Under the pieces are notes generated by a model, which made no database searches, was not told the origin of the DNA, and was given only the letters and a program-made list of their open reading frames with translations. Shown piece by piece: positions 25,977 through 37,554 of a stretch of 64,000 nucleotides of DNA. The position numbers were made by a program, and so were the translations under genes. This stretch comes from Amphiscolops sp. MND2022 (lineage: Eukaryota), in the NCBI GenBank assembly GCA_964187785.1, contig OZ076409.1:41046001-41110000 (forward strand). Direction: 5' to 3'. How positions within the stretch are numbered: the stretch's first letter is position 1; every line of letters begins with the position of its first letter.

Positions 25977-28900
25977 ATGTCTTCAAATACAGGTTGGTTT
26001 GAATTTTCATTTTGAACAAACTCAACTTGATCAGGGTTAATTTGTTCACAAGATGCTTCCTGTTTCCACTAATGAGCACATGATAACTCATTTCATTCAA
26101 GTTTTCAAGATACTTCCGGAAGTTTTCTAATGCGGTAAAATGGATTTCTTTCAAGGAAGCTTACCGCCAAATTTCATTCTCTTCTGTTTAGATAATCAGA
26201 ATACTGATGAACGTCAATCCAGAACCAACGCCGCACTTGTGAATCTTTCTGAGCCCTCTCAAAGTTCGATTCCTATTCCTGTTTTAAGAGCTACTCCGAA
26301 TCCTGTTCCTTCTCCGCCTCCATTTCCTCCAATCAGAGCTGTTCACACCCAAGCTCCACAGATGGCTGCCGATTCCCCTTTCAGCAGTGGGAGTAATGTT
26401 GACGTCACGGCTTACGCGGATGAGGTAGTCCAGCGAATGGAAGTCTCACAGGAGCCCATTGACACTAACCTCGTTAATCCCACTGAGGAACGGTCCTTTA
26501 CGGCTCAAGATCAAGATACCTTAAATGCGAGCCAAATCCCCGAATTTGTGAGAACCAGCACTCCAACTCTACCTGATCGGTCCGGAGCAGAGGAGGTCAG
26601 CCTCTCGTTACTTGAATCCACACTGTCAGTGGCACCACAGACACAACCTGGCTTCCCTGAACTACAACTTGCCCAGATTCAGACTCATGAGACACCTGTG
26701 GTTTCCTTCTTGCAAACCGACGAGGAAGCCTCGTCTTCCGTGCATGAGCCTCCTCCACTTCCCGGAGGAACCGGACAGCTCAAAACCCCAGGGGACCACA
26801 GTGATACCAATCACACTATGGAAACTACTAGCCAGTCTGAAATCCCTCCTTATACGCTACCATCCCTTTTGGCGCGGAGTCAGCGTCGGAAGGGTGTGAA
26901 GATTCAAGGTCGGAAGCACATGATCCAGGACCACCAGGGACGTCCAAGTTCGTCCGTCAACCACAAGAGGAAGTTTTGCGAGATCTGTCAGGGCGAAGCA
27001 GGGCTACCCTGAAACAGTATTTTGAGACCGACGATCCCTACACCTTCCCAGTTGGGCAGAGGGTCGTAGCCTTCACGGAGCCACAAGTCTACCATCTGCT
27101 TCGAGTCCTGACTGATGAAGCCATAAACATGACTTGTACAACCATGGAAAGGATGGTAATTGGAGCTGTCAAAGGGACACCAGTGACTGTCCCATCACAC
27201 GCCGAGAAATTTCGAACGCGGGCCCGGACTCCCACCCCAGGACCTAATCAATCAGCTGAGTCTGGTTCCGATGGATTCTCAGCTGAACTTAGCTCTGGGC
27301 CTGGTCTCCAACTTGACTTGAGTACACTTCAGGATGTAACCGATTTCCCCTATCTATCTTGAAGATAGCGATAACTCCACGGAAAAGGCCCTGATTGATC
27401 AGGTTTATAGTAACATTGTTCCCGAGAGCCTCTCCCCAGTGGCACAACAAAAACAGCCATTAGATTCGTCAGGGGAAGGGGCTGAAACAGCAGAAAAGAG
27501 TAGCCTCGACGTCACCTTATCCGAGGTCCGTGATCGGCTCCCTGACCGAAAGTCCCGTCAAGGGATAACAATGACTAAGAAGGGCAAATCCAAGAGGATT
27601 CCAAGACGAGGGGTACCAATGCGCGAGGAGATCTTCTCTAAGATTGGGTGGACTAGGTCCTTCATTTCCGGCCCGGCTGATCCTCTGCATAACCCTCACA
27701 TGGTGTGGTGCCACATGTGCAAAATAATTTCAGCATCAAGACCAAGGGCACTGTGGAGATCCTGCGTCATCACAGGACGGAAAAACACCTCCGCCGTGAC
27801 CAAAGATGGCGGTATGAACATCTCAAGACCATTGATGATGTGACCGGGAAGGTCCAGCACAGAGTTCGCGGGAGGGATGGCAAAATCCTTAACAAGATTG
27901 ACCTCGCACATGAGCTTCCCAAGTTCATTGACGCGGAGCTTGTTGACGTTGGCGTGAGACATCCCTTCTACGAGGACTACTTAAAAGGACACGCCTTTGC
28001 TCCAGTTACCCCCCAAACGCGGTTGCAGACCCAAATTTGTCTCTTGGGAGACTTCGTCCAGGACTCAGGCAACCTAACCATCCTCCGTAGATTGTGGGCA
28101 AGGGCAGGGAGTTATACTGGATTCCAGACAGCTTTCCAGGATTTTGACTGGAGCGAAAATCACATCATGGTAAGTTCACCCGTTTATTCTCTTGTAAGGG
28201 TATACGTAGTGTAAGGGCGACTTAGCTGGAAATGAGATCACACAATCATCCAGATTTGTTCCTTTTCAGGCCATTTTCCAACACATCTTTAACTGCATGA
28301 TGGAGGACGTGGCCGAACAGGTCGTCGCTTCCCAACACTTTGGGATTGAATTCGAGAGGAGAGGAGCTAACCGATTCATGTCTCTTCGATACTGGAAGGG
28401 CGCAAAACTTTGCCGTATCTTCATCTGCCGAAGTAGTCTCGCTACCGTAGGGCTCACTGAAGAATTGGGTTCTCTGTCTCGGCTATTGTCTGTCATATCA
28501 ACTGCTCCCGACGTAGTCGCGATTTCAGGATGTGCCGTCGACCTCATAAGGACAGTGGACCAACATCCTTCCTATCCACGTGGGGTTCAGAGCTGCTTCC
28601 GCTTCGAGTCACTTGACTTGAGGACCTTAATGCACAAGATGAACTACAGTGTCTTTGGGCATATAGACATGTTTTCCGTCCTCCAAATGCTTCTGGTCTC
28701 GCTTGGAGGTTGTCTAACTGAGGACTGGGTCGCGGAGTCAGCTGAACTTGTCCGGGTAAGTCTACTTTGTGACTCTAATTTGCACAGCACCGGTGACGGG
28801 GGGCTGGTAGTCAATGACGGTTAGGACTTCAATCATATGAGCTACTTTATTTAGGCCATTACGACCTGTAAGCTGGAAGTAGCCAAAGTACCTGATTTGT

Positions 28901-30419
28901 GTCGCGATCTGTTGAAAAGGTGGAAGTCGGTCCTCCGCTATCTCACAATACACTCGCAGCGACAGGAAAACCAGGGGGTCCACAACAAGGTTATAACCCA
29001 CGAAAATATCTGTCTCTTTTCGGAGAGGGTCCCAATGACCGTTCTCTCTTACCGACATAGGTAGGGTTATTGTATCATGTGCACATCATGTGTTTCCACA
29101 GGTCCAGAGCTTCGAGTGGTCCCTTATTATGGACAACTTCTTCGCTGTCAAGTTGGAGTTGTTTCAACGTTTGGTCAGCGTTTGTAAGTATTTCTAGCTT
29201 GATAAAGTCACTTCGGTCTGTTGCCCTTCTAGGCACCTTTAATTCTAATGTTTTAGACGTCACCAGTTTCGTCATCAGTTTGAGTCAGAGGCGAGATGCT
29301 ACCTTCTTTCTCTGTGGGGAGGTATGTAAAAACATCAACCGCCTTTGCTTTCGTATTTATCAGCCCGATACAGTACCCCTGGAAAGTGCTTGGTTCCTGC
29401 TGATGGATTTCCGGCTCAGTCAGGGCAAACTCATGAGTGACGAAGATTTCCTAGTGCGTCTCAAAATTGCCAGCAAGGTGACCACTGCGAGCAACCTGAA
29501 GGCAGCCGGACTTCATTTCAACAAGAAGTCAAGCAAGGCAGCCATCAATAAGACCGCTGAAAGTGCGAAGTCAGATTTCGTGGGAAGCGCAAGGGATTTC
29601 ATCAAGTTCCTGTTATAAGGGGTGCTCCAGCATACCGAGCTCGGATCCGATCTCATCAAAAGATTGGCTGCATTTGACCCGCACATCTTGTTAAGGAGGC
29701 CCGTGGAAGTTGCCTTAAGGCATTTTGATCGCTTGCATTCCACATTTCAGTTGCGTTCTTGGGTTTCGGCGTCCAACGAATCAGTTTGCCGGGACGAATA
29801 TGTTGCCTTGTTGGACTACCTCCGAGCCAATCATTCCTCTGAGTTCAGCTCAGCCAGTAATCCTCCTGACCTCATTGACTTCTTCATGGATCTGGAGTTC
29901 CTCCAAACTCGCGAACACCTTTGTTATTTATTCAAATTGAGCTGCCTCTGTATCACTTCCGTAAATACCGAGTACCCCTCAGTTTCCTTGGGGAGAATCG
30001 ACACAAAGGGGCTCCAATCTCGTTTGGTAGACGTCATCTTGCCTTGCCAAAGTTTTATGTCGACAGTGCCTGATTCCTTGGTTGCCTGCTGCACTAAGTC
30101 TCGACTTGAGAAATTCTCCGAATTGTCCTCATCATTTGGACAATCTGCTTTTGCCCCTGATTACGACCCTTGGATTTACGTAGACGGTTTTGGGCGTTCT
30201 GCGATTTACAAGACTCTTGTCTCTTCCTATCGCTCTGTTCTCTCTGGGTCAGAGTTCCATTTTAGAAGTCCTGGTTTTGCTGATACTTCTTCTGTGCGTG
30301 ATGCTCCTGCCGTCAAGCTGCCTAGTGATAGTAAGCGTAGGCGGATGGAAAGAAGTTGTTCTCGTAGTAGGGCCTCATCTGTCGCCGAAGAATCCCCTGC
30401 TGATGTCTCTAAAAACTAA
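25977..30419 (+). CDS. Antisense, intron-containing cargo gene of the Gypsy element (about 1270 aa): S/P/T/E-rich N-terminus, BED-like zinc finger, hAT-transposase-like body; disrupted in this copy
   Basis: GT-AG introns 25993-26191, 28170-28269, 28756-28854, 28990-29101 and 29184-29256 (and possibly in-frame 29322-29363) join the plus-strand ORFs in phase. Zinc finger WCHMCKNNFSIKTKGTVEILRHHRTEKH. 1-nt indels near 26975, 27360 and 27722, and an in-frame TAA at 29616. Confidence 0.8.
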
Positions 30420-30634
30420 TTGTACATATGTATTTATGTACCTACAAACTGTAAACTTTGTTGATTTTCTGTTTTGTTCCTTTTGATTTCTTGATGTCTT
30501 GATCCCTCATTTATTCCTTTTGTATGGGATCCTTTGAAATGCCCCAGTATTTATTCAAAAGAAGTTCTCAGAGGGGCTTGAAAAGATAAAAGATAGCAGA
30601 AAAGAACTCCCATTTTCGGGAAAAATTCAATTCT

Positions 30635-33600
30635 TTAGTATCTGAAGTCTTCTGAGTAGTTTGGGTTGGGGTTAGGTCTGAGATTATATTTCCCTCCTCT
30701 AGGGCTCAGACTTTCATTTCTAGCATCGTTTTCAGGTATTTCGGGCACGATAATATCATCCCCCCTTTTCGGAGAATTTTGTGCGTCGTCTTCATTCGTC
30801 AAATTTCTTTCTGAGAGAATTTCATCATTTTTTGGTCTTTCATCCATATTCGGCAAAGTTTTTTCTTGACTTTTCGGGTGAACGGCCGAATTTGGCCGAT
30901 CAGATTTGTCATTGCTAGCCGCATCACTAGCTTCATTCCTTTTTGTGACGTCATGATTTAATCTTTCATTCCGGCTCCGCGTCGCGTGGTCAGCGTAGTT
31001 TGTTTCGTCTCTCGTGATTATGTAATCCGCTTCATTCTCGCCTACGTCACTGTAACTCGGTTCTACCGGATTTGGTTGTTTGCCATTCGGCAAGCTAGTC
31101 GGAATAGGATCATGTCCTCGTGTAATAAGCTGCTCGCCAAAGTCAGTTTCCCATGTGATTATATATAAGTCATCTTGCGGAATAACAATTTCTTCGTCAG
31201 GCTGTAGCTGCTGTTCTTGGAAATTGTCCTCAAGAGGCTGATTAGGGACAAACTTTTTAAGGCGAATTCGATGCAAAATTTGAGTCTTGTTTGTATTAAT
31301 CCGTCGTACTATATAGTTTTCATTTGGCAAAACTTTTTGGACTACAAATGGTCCAACCCAACGGTAATCGCGGAATGGAATTTTTGATCCTTGATTGTCC
31401 GCTTTCGGTTGTAAGACAAAACAGTATTCGTTCTCCTTTAGTGGAGCGGCTTTTGCTTTGCGGTCGTAATATTCTTTGTACTTGATGTACGACTGCATAA
31501 TGTTCTGCTTCGTTTTGTCAATCAGGATTTTTGTCCGGTTTTGGATTTCTTCAGCAAATTCGGTTGTGGGGTTGATCTGCTCGTTTGGATTATTTCCAAG
31601 CTTGTGATCTAAAATATTAAATGGAATTCGTCCGTGGAATACTCTCGTCGGCTCACAACCGATGCTGGCGTTATAACTAGTATTATGATTCAGTACTGCT
31701 AATGGCAAGTATTTGTGCCATTGTCGGCGATATTCCCCACATGCCATTTTGAGATTTGTTTTCAATGATGCATGGGTTCGCTCCAATTTCCCAATTGTCT
31801 GCGGGTGTTTTGTTGTTGCGCATTTGAGTGTTACGCCCAAAATTTGCGTAATCTCCGCGATAATTAAAGAAGTAAATGCAGTACCTTTGTCAGTAATGAG
31901 AGTCGTTGGTAAATATGCATGTTTGGTCATGATGTCAATTATTGCCTTTGCTACATTGATCGCTGATGCGTCCGTAAGGGGATAAGCGAACAAATATCTG
32001 GAGAATACATCAATTGCCGTTGGGACATTTTCATACCCTCCACTTGGGGGAAGATTCGGCAATAGGTCGATTTGCATGGCGTCTTCAGGTCCAAGGTCCT
32101 ATTCGGGCAAGTTGAGTAGCTCAGGTGTGATCGTTGCGTTAGGGACTCTCTTGTCTCTGGCACATTGTTCGCACCCTTCTACCCACTTTTTGACGTACTT
32201 AGCCATGCTAGGGTAATAATACCTCTGTCGAATTTTCTGCAGCATTTTTGAAATCCCAGGGTGTTTGTGCGCTGTCCCATGAAGGGACTGAAGCAATTCC
32301 TGGAGTAGGTGCTGCGGGAGCAGAATTTGATGGTATTTAACGTTCCCTGTTTCATCGAAATATTGCCTTGTCAGGATTTCGTCCTTTAGTACAATTCGTT
32401 CCAGATTGTTTGCATAATGCCTGTATCGAGCATCCTGGTGCAGTAGATTTTCTGAATACTCTTCATGGAGCAGTTTTGCTTTCAATTGTTGTAGTACCGC
32501 ATCTTTGGATTGCTCGATAATGATCTGGTTCGTTTTCCTCAATCGGACTTGTATATCGGTGTGTTGCTTGACCAGATTTGTTGACAGAGTTTGTATGGTA
32601 ACAGTGGGCTCATCAGTTGCTGGATTTTTCCTGATTGCTTCTTTCCTTGCCCAATTTTGTTCCTCCGTCTCATCGTCGTCATTGGTGTAGAAGATTTGTT
32701 CTTCTTGTGACACCCCTGCGGATTGGACATTGATTTCGATTGGTAGTGTTTGTACATCTTCACGAATTTTCATTACCAATTTGTCCTTCGGGTCTGCTTC
32801 CAATCGGGACAAATAGTCGGCAGCTGTATTTTGTGCCCCCGGGATGTGCGCACTGATAACAAAATTGAACTGGATAACATAGTCACATGCGTTCCACAGT
32901 GCTGGGGGTATTATTTTCGTTTGGAAAAATCGTGTTACAGCTTTGTTGTCCGTAAGGATGATGACCGGTTTCGGCGCACCCCAAAAGATATGTCCGAATT
33001 CTTTGAATGCAAAATAAATTGCAAGAAATTCTTTAGCATAAATTGACATCTTGATTTGTGCTGGGGTGAAAGTTTTTGATCCATATGCGACCGGTGCATA
33101 CGATTTTCTGAGTGATGTGAATTTCTGGCTTGGGTCGTCTTCAATTAGGACCGCGTACCCGGCTGCACCAAAACTTGCATCAGTCATTAGTGCTATTTGC
33201 TTGTTCGGAATGGGTTGCTGTAGGGCCAAGTCGCAACATTTGTCTAGTGCTTTGTTGATTTCTTCGAATTGCTGGACTAATTCTTTCGATACTAGGACTT
33301 TTTCGTCACTTTTCAGCATCTTGTAGAATGGGGCAAGGCGTTCGGAGAGTCTTGGGACATAATTCCTGTAGTAGTTTAGGAATCCCAAATATCGTTGTAA
33401 AGCCTTTTTCGACTTCGGGAATTTGGTCGTTTCCAGAAAGTTTTGCACGTTCTGTTTCTGGGGTTTAACGCCTTGTGGGGTAATAGTCCGTCCGAGAAAA
33501 TCAATTTCTTTTGCACCGAAGTGGCATTTGTGCATTGTTAATTTAAGGCCTGCTTCCTGTATGCATGTGAATGTAGCTCTCAGGTTCGTTATGAGGTGGT

Positions 33601-35845
33601 CAGCGACATTGGCTGCAATGCCGATATCGTCCACATACTGGGCACACTGATCCGCTTTAAAGACTTTGTCGAGGTATTCCCTCATGAAACTCGAGAATGC
33701 GGATAGTGACCGGCTAAGGCCTTGTGCCAAACGTCTATAGGCGAATGTGCGACTGACAAAATTAAAAGCCAACGTTTCGATTGAACGTTGGTCGGCCATT
33801 GGTAGGCAGTGGTATGCCTGCGAACAGTCTAATTTACAGAACAGTTTTTTGCCTGCCAAGTGTTGAGCAGCATCAACTAGTGTACTGACGGGGTGATTAT
33901 TGTTGATATAATCATCCGAGATGAGGTTGTTGATTTTTCTCAAGTCAACCAAGAGTCGGAGTTTCCCATTCGGCTTCTTTTGTGCGAATATTGGACTCGC
34001 ATATTTCGAGAATGGTAGAGTAGTGATTATGCCATATTTGTGTAACATGGCTAGTTCGACTAGGATGTCCTCCTTCAGGTTGATAGGAGCTGGAAGGCTT
34101 TGACTATAGGCTGAGGAATCGTCCTTAGGTGTCAGTTTCACCTTGAATTCTTCATTCATGCCTATATCAAATCGGTGTCGTGCAAAGATGCCATGGAAGT
34201 CCACTAGCAATTTCTCAATTTTCTCCTTCTCTTCAGGAGTAAGGGTGGAATCTTTCCAGTCAAAGTTTTCTAAGAATTTTGCACGCGATTCTGCATCTGT
34301 AGTGGGGTCGAGTGTCTCCAGGTCCTGTAGGGCCTGTAACTCGCGTAGGATTTGTTTTTGTATAGGTGTGTGTTCCTCAGGATTTCCAGGATTTTCTGGA
34401 GTTGGGAACCAATAATTTTCAGAGTTTTGCGGATTTCTATTGGTCTTGATGAGACTGCTGACGTAATGGGCTGCTTGCTCCTGGTCATTCTGCAACAGGT
34501 GCCAGGTTGATGCCGGATCTACCGGTTTGACATACTTCATCTGTTCTGGTGTCATGACAGAGAAAGTGGCAATATGAAGTCCCTTTTTGAGTTTATAAGG
34601 GTGGTCCGTGAAATTATTCACAGGTATTGCTATACTGCCATTATTCAAAGTGACTAGGGCTGGGCAGAATGTGATGTCGCCTTCTTCATGTAGAAGGTCG
34701 CTCGGTTGCAAAATCCCAGTGACAGCATTTTCAGGATATAGTAAGGAATTAGTCCGAATTAGGACTCTGTCATTTGGCGGAATAGTTATTTCAGCAGGGT
34801 TGAGGATTGGTTCAAGTACGTTTGAGTACTTATGGTCAGCTGTTTTGAGCTGCATTGAAAAGAACGGGAAATTCAAAATTCCTTGTCTCATGTCCAGTAC
34901 TGTATGATTTCGTTGACGGAACATTAGTCCAATGATCGGTCCCGTTAGGTTCTCCATTACTATGAAGATTTCATGGAACTCAATGTCACCAACCTCAAAT
35001 CTGAGCTCTATGGTACTCTTGGGAGTTTCCAATTGGCCATTTGCGACCATTATTTGAAAGTTCGGAGGCGGACCTTCTCGGATAACTGATTGTGGTGATA
35101 GAAGTCGGATTTTCCGGAGGTCCATTTCAGGGATTGCACTGGAAAGTGCTCCAGTGTCAATTAGGCCGTCTATGGTTAATTCCCCAAAGTCCATCGGGAA
35201 GTACAACATTCGCTTTTTGTATTTAAGGTTGATACTGGTCGAAAGTGGTATACAGTCTGGTTCACCCTCTTTGGTAATGAGGATATTTTGGAATTGTTTC
35301 TCGTCCAGTAGTGATTGTGGAATTGGTTCTGTACTGGCTTCGTTAGTTTCGGTTCCCAAAGGGTTCGGGAATACTGGATGGTTAGTACCATCATTCATTT
35401 GCCAGTTTTCGATTAGTGCTCTGGTTTTCTTGTTGTGGGTTATCGGGGGATTTTCATGGACTGTGGTTTGGTAATGGGCTATATCATCCAGGACGTATTG
35501 AAATTGTAGTAGGTCCTGGTTGTAAATCTCACTGTCCCAATAGGGATCTCTGCCGTAATCTGGGTTGATGTACGTTGGATTGTAATCATCGATCAAGGGA
35601 ATGGGCCTGAATCGGGTTGTAAAGGTGGTTGTGTAGTCAGGATCCCAAACAGGAATTGGTTTTTGGAACAGATGGGTATTATTATAGGTAATGACGTTGG
35701 CCTTCTCCATCTGCTGCTGCCAGACAACAGAGGGGTAACCCATCAATTGTTGTTGATACTCATGGAAAGTTTTTGTTGGATGATCCGACCTGATATATTG
35801 ACAGACGGATATTAGTTGGTTGTATTGGAGTCGTGGCGAAGTTAG
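30635..35845 (-). CDS. pol: Gypsy pol polyprotein (protease, reverse transcriptase, RNase H, integrase) with one in-frame TAG at 32101-32099
   Basis: LIDTGA (aspartic protease), KLDCSQAYH and QYVDD (RT), TDASFGAAG and LTDNKA (RNase H), HPG...CEQC (HHCC), QIDL/ITDKGTAF/KLER (DDE), C-terminal YNLRP. ORFs 32099..35746 and 30635..32077 are in the same frame. Confidence 0.95.
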
Positions 35846-37554
35846 TTTTTTGACTCATCTTTGTTTGATGAGGATTGGGTATTGGAGGACGTTGGTTTGT
35901 TGTGGGCTTTGGGTGCCTTAGAGTCAGGGTCAGTGTCTGAAGAGTCTTCAGGCCTGGTACGTTTGGGTTTCAAGTGAGCGCCTGCTCCCTGCCAACATCT
36001 CTCCTCTGGATGGTTTTTCTTGCCACAAGTCCCGCACTTAGGGTACGTTTTCTTCTCTGTCGATTTGCCTTGTTGGGCATCTTTCTCTTTCTTCTTTTTG
36101 AGTTTTTCACAGTCTTTGACCATGTGGCCCTTTTCCTTGCAATAATTGCAAGTTATGTCCGACATTTGCCCAGTGGAAAGAGGGGTTTTAGTCTTAGAAG
36201 ATGAGGAAGTCATTGTTGCCATGGGTAGGTTGTCTGACTCCTCGAGGGCGTTAAGCTCTAATTCCCTCTCCAAATGAGCAACCATTTCGTCGTATGAGCC
36301 ATTTTCTAATCTGGCCATGTTGACTGATCGCTTGAGCTTTGGAGGCAGTTTTGCGTACAATAGACTGTCAATCATTTTTTGTGCATGGTCGCCAAATGCT
36401 TTTTCTGCCCCTTGATTGAGTTCCTCAAGGAAATCCGGTAGCTTCATCGTATTGGGATCAAAGACCAAGCGGTGCCATTTATGCTTGGCAGTCGCTTGTG
36501 ACTCGGGTTTGACGTATTTCCGTCGGAAAATGACTAAGACGTCTTCAAGTGTCTGTCGGTTGGTCGAGTTAATATTTCTGAACGTCTGAAGAGCATTCTT
36601 CCTCAGGAGCGAATGAAAATGATTAATTTTCATCTGTTCAGTCATTTCTGGCTGCATCTTGATCATGGTATGAAACAGATCTTCGAACAGCTCAAATTTC
36701 TCACTTTTGCCATCAAAGGTCATGGTATTTGAGTTGACCGGGCGTATGGTGAGTTGTTGGGCTGCTGGTCGATTCTGCATGTTCGTCAAGACGTCTGCCA
36801 GTCTGGTAATTGGATCAGGTTCAACAACCGTGGCGGGTCTTTCTTGCGCTGGGATCGTCGTGTCAAGGTTGATGTCCTCGTAGGACTGATCAAGATGGTT
36901 TCGTGATAGAATCCGTCCCGTGAGAAACTCAGGAATTTGGTTTGGAGATTCGTTGTCTCCTGTCACCATGTCGTAAGCATTAGCGTCGACTACACCATCT
37001 TTTCGGCGATTACAATTAGGCTTACTAGCTGAACTGTCTTTAGGGTTAGTATTTTGCAGTCCTTCAGAATTTGCTTCCGGTCTCTCAGACGGAACGTCCC
37101 ATCTATTCTGAGTCAAGTATCCCGATCCGGCACTTAGAGCAGATTGAGTCTGAGGCAATACCTGATTGCTAATTGCGTCGCTAATCGCCTTTTGAATCTG
37201 GGAATTGACACTACACATCATATCATCTAGTTCTCTCGACAGCCTCGAGTTCAACTCGCTTGACAATTTGTTAATCTCAGCACTAGAATTACCTCCTGTT
37301 GAAATCTGGCCATAATCGGCATTATTACTAGGACCTGTGTCCCTTATGGCTGAGTACCTGTTTTCACCATTATTCTCTAATTCGTCTGCAGAAGTACTGC
37401 CAGGCCTTCTGCCAAAATTGCTGCTGACACTTTCATCTCTCTCATTTCTATTGAAATGGTTTTCCCCTAACATAATATCAAGGTTTTCAATGTCAGACAG
37501 CATTTCTATTCCTCTTGACTTCCTAGCCTTTTTCTGTCTTCTTGTAGTAGGCAT
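35842..37554 (-). CDS. gag: Gypsy Gag, 570 aa, starting inside the 5' LTR
   Basis: Intact ORF with capsid-like TFDGKSEKFELFEDLF and zinc knuckles CNYCKEKGHMVKDC and CGTCGKKNHPEERC. Confidence 0.93.
   Translation of the reverse strand: MPTTRRQKKARKSRGIEMLSDIENLDIMLGENHFNRNERDESVSSNFGRRPGSTSADELENNGENRYSAIRDTGPSNNADYGQISTGGNSSAEINKLSSELNSRLSRELDDMMCSVNSQIQKAISDAISNQVLPQTQSALSAGSGYLTQNRWDVPSERPEANSEGLQNTNPKDSSASKPNCNRRKDGVVDANAYDMVTGDNESPNQIPEFLTGRILSRNHLDQSYEDINLDTTIPAQERPATVVEPDPITRLADVLTNMQNRPAAQQLTIRPVNSNTMTFDGKSEKFELFEDLFHTMIKMQPEMTEQMKINHFHSLLRKNALQTFRNINSTNRQTLEDVLVIFRRKYVKPESQATAKHKWHRLVFDPNTMKLPDFLEELNQGAEKAFGDHAQKMIDSLLYAKLPPKLKRSVNMARLENGSYDEMVAHLERELELNALEESDNLPMATMTSSSSKTKTPLSTGQMSDITCNYCKEKGHMVKDCEKLKKKKEKDAQQGKSTEKKTYPKCGTCGKKNHPEERCWQGAGAHLKPKRTRPEDSSDTDPDSKAPKAHNKPTSSNTQSSSNKDESKN
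35845..35851 (-). promoter_or_regulatory. -1 ribosomal frameshift slippery site A AAA AAC
   Basis: gag ends TCA AAA AAC TAA. The -1 frame is open from 35845 and is in frame with the pol ORF at 35746 (99 nt apart). Confidence 0.85.
36957..36968 (-). promoter_or_regulatory. Primer-binding site of the Gypsy element
   Basis: TGGTGACAGGAG immediately follows the LTR end. It resembles the complement of a tRNA-Leu 3' end; the tRNA identity is tentative. Confidence 0.7.

Noticed and set aside
26140..30419. An active DNA transposon nested in the Gypsy element
   Set aside because: No TIRs or 8-bp TSD seen and catalytic motifs appear degenerate. Not fully excluded without comparing other copies.
32099..32101. 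TAG in pol as programmed read-through
   Set aside because: It lies within the integrase region between the HHCC motif and the catalytic core, most simply a TGG-to-TAG mutation in this copy.
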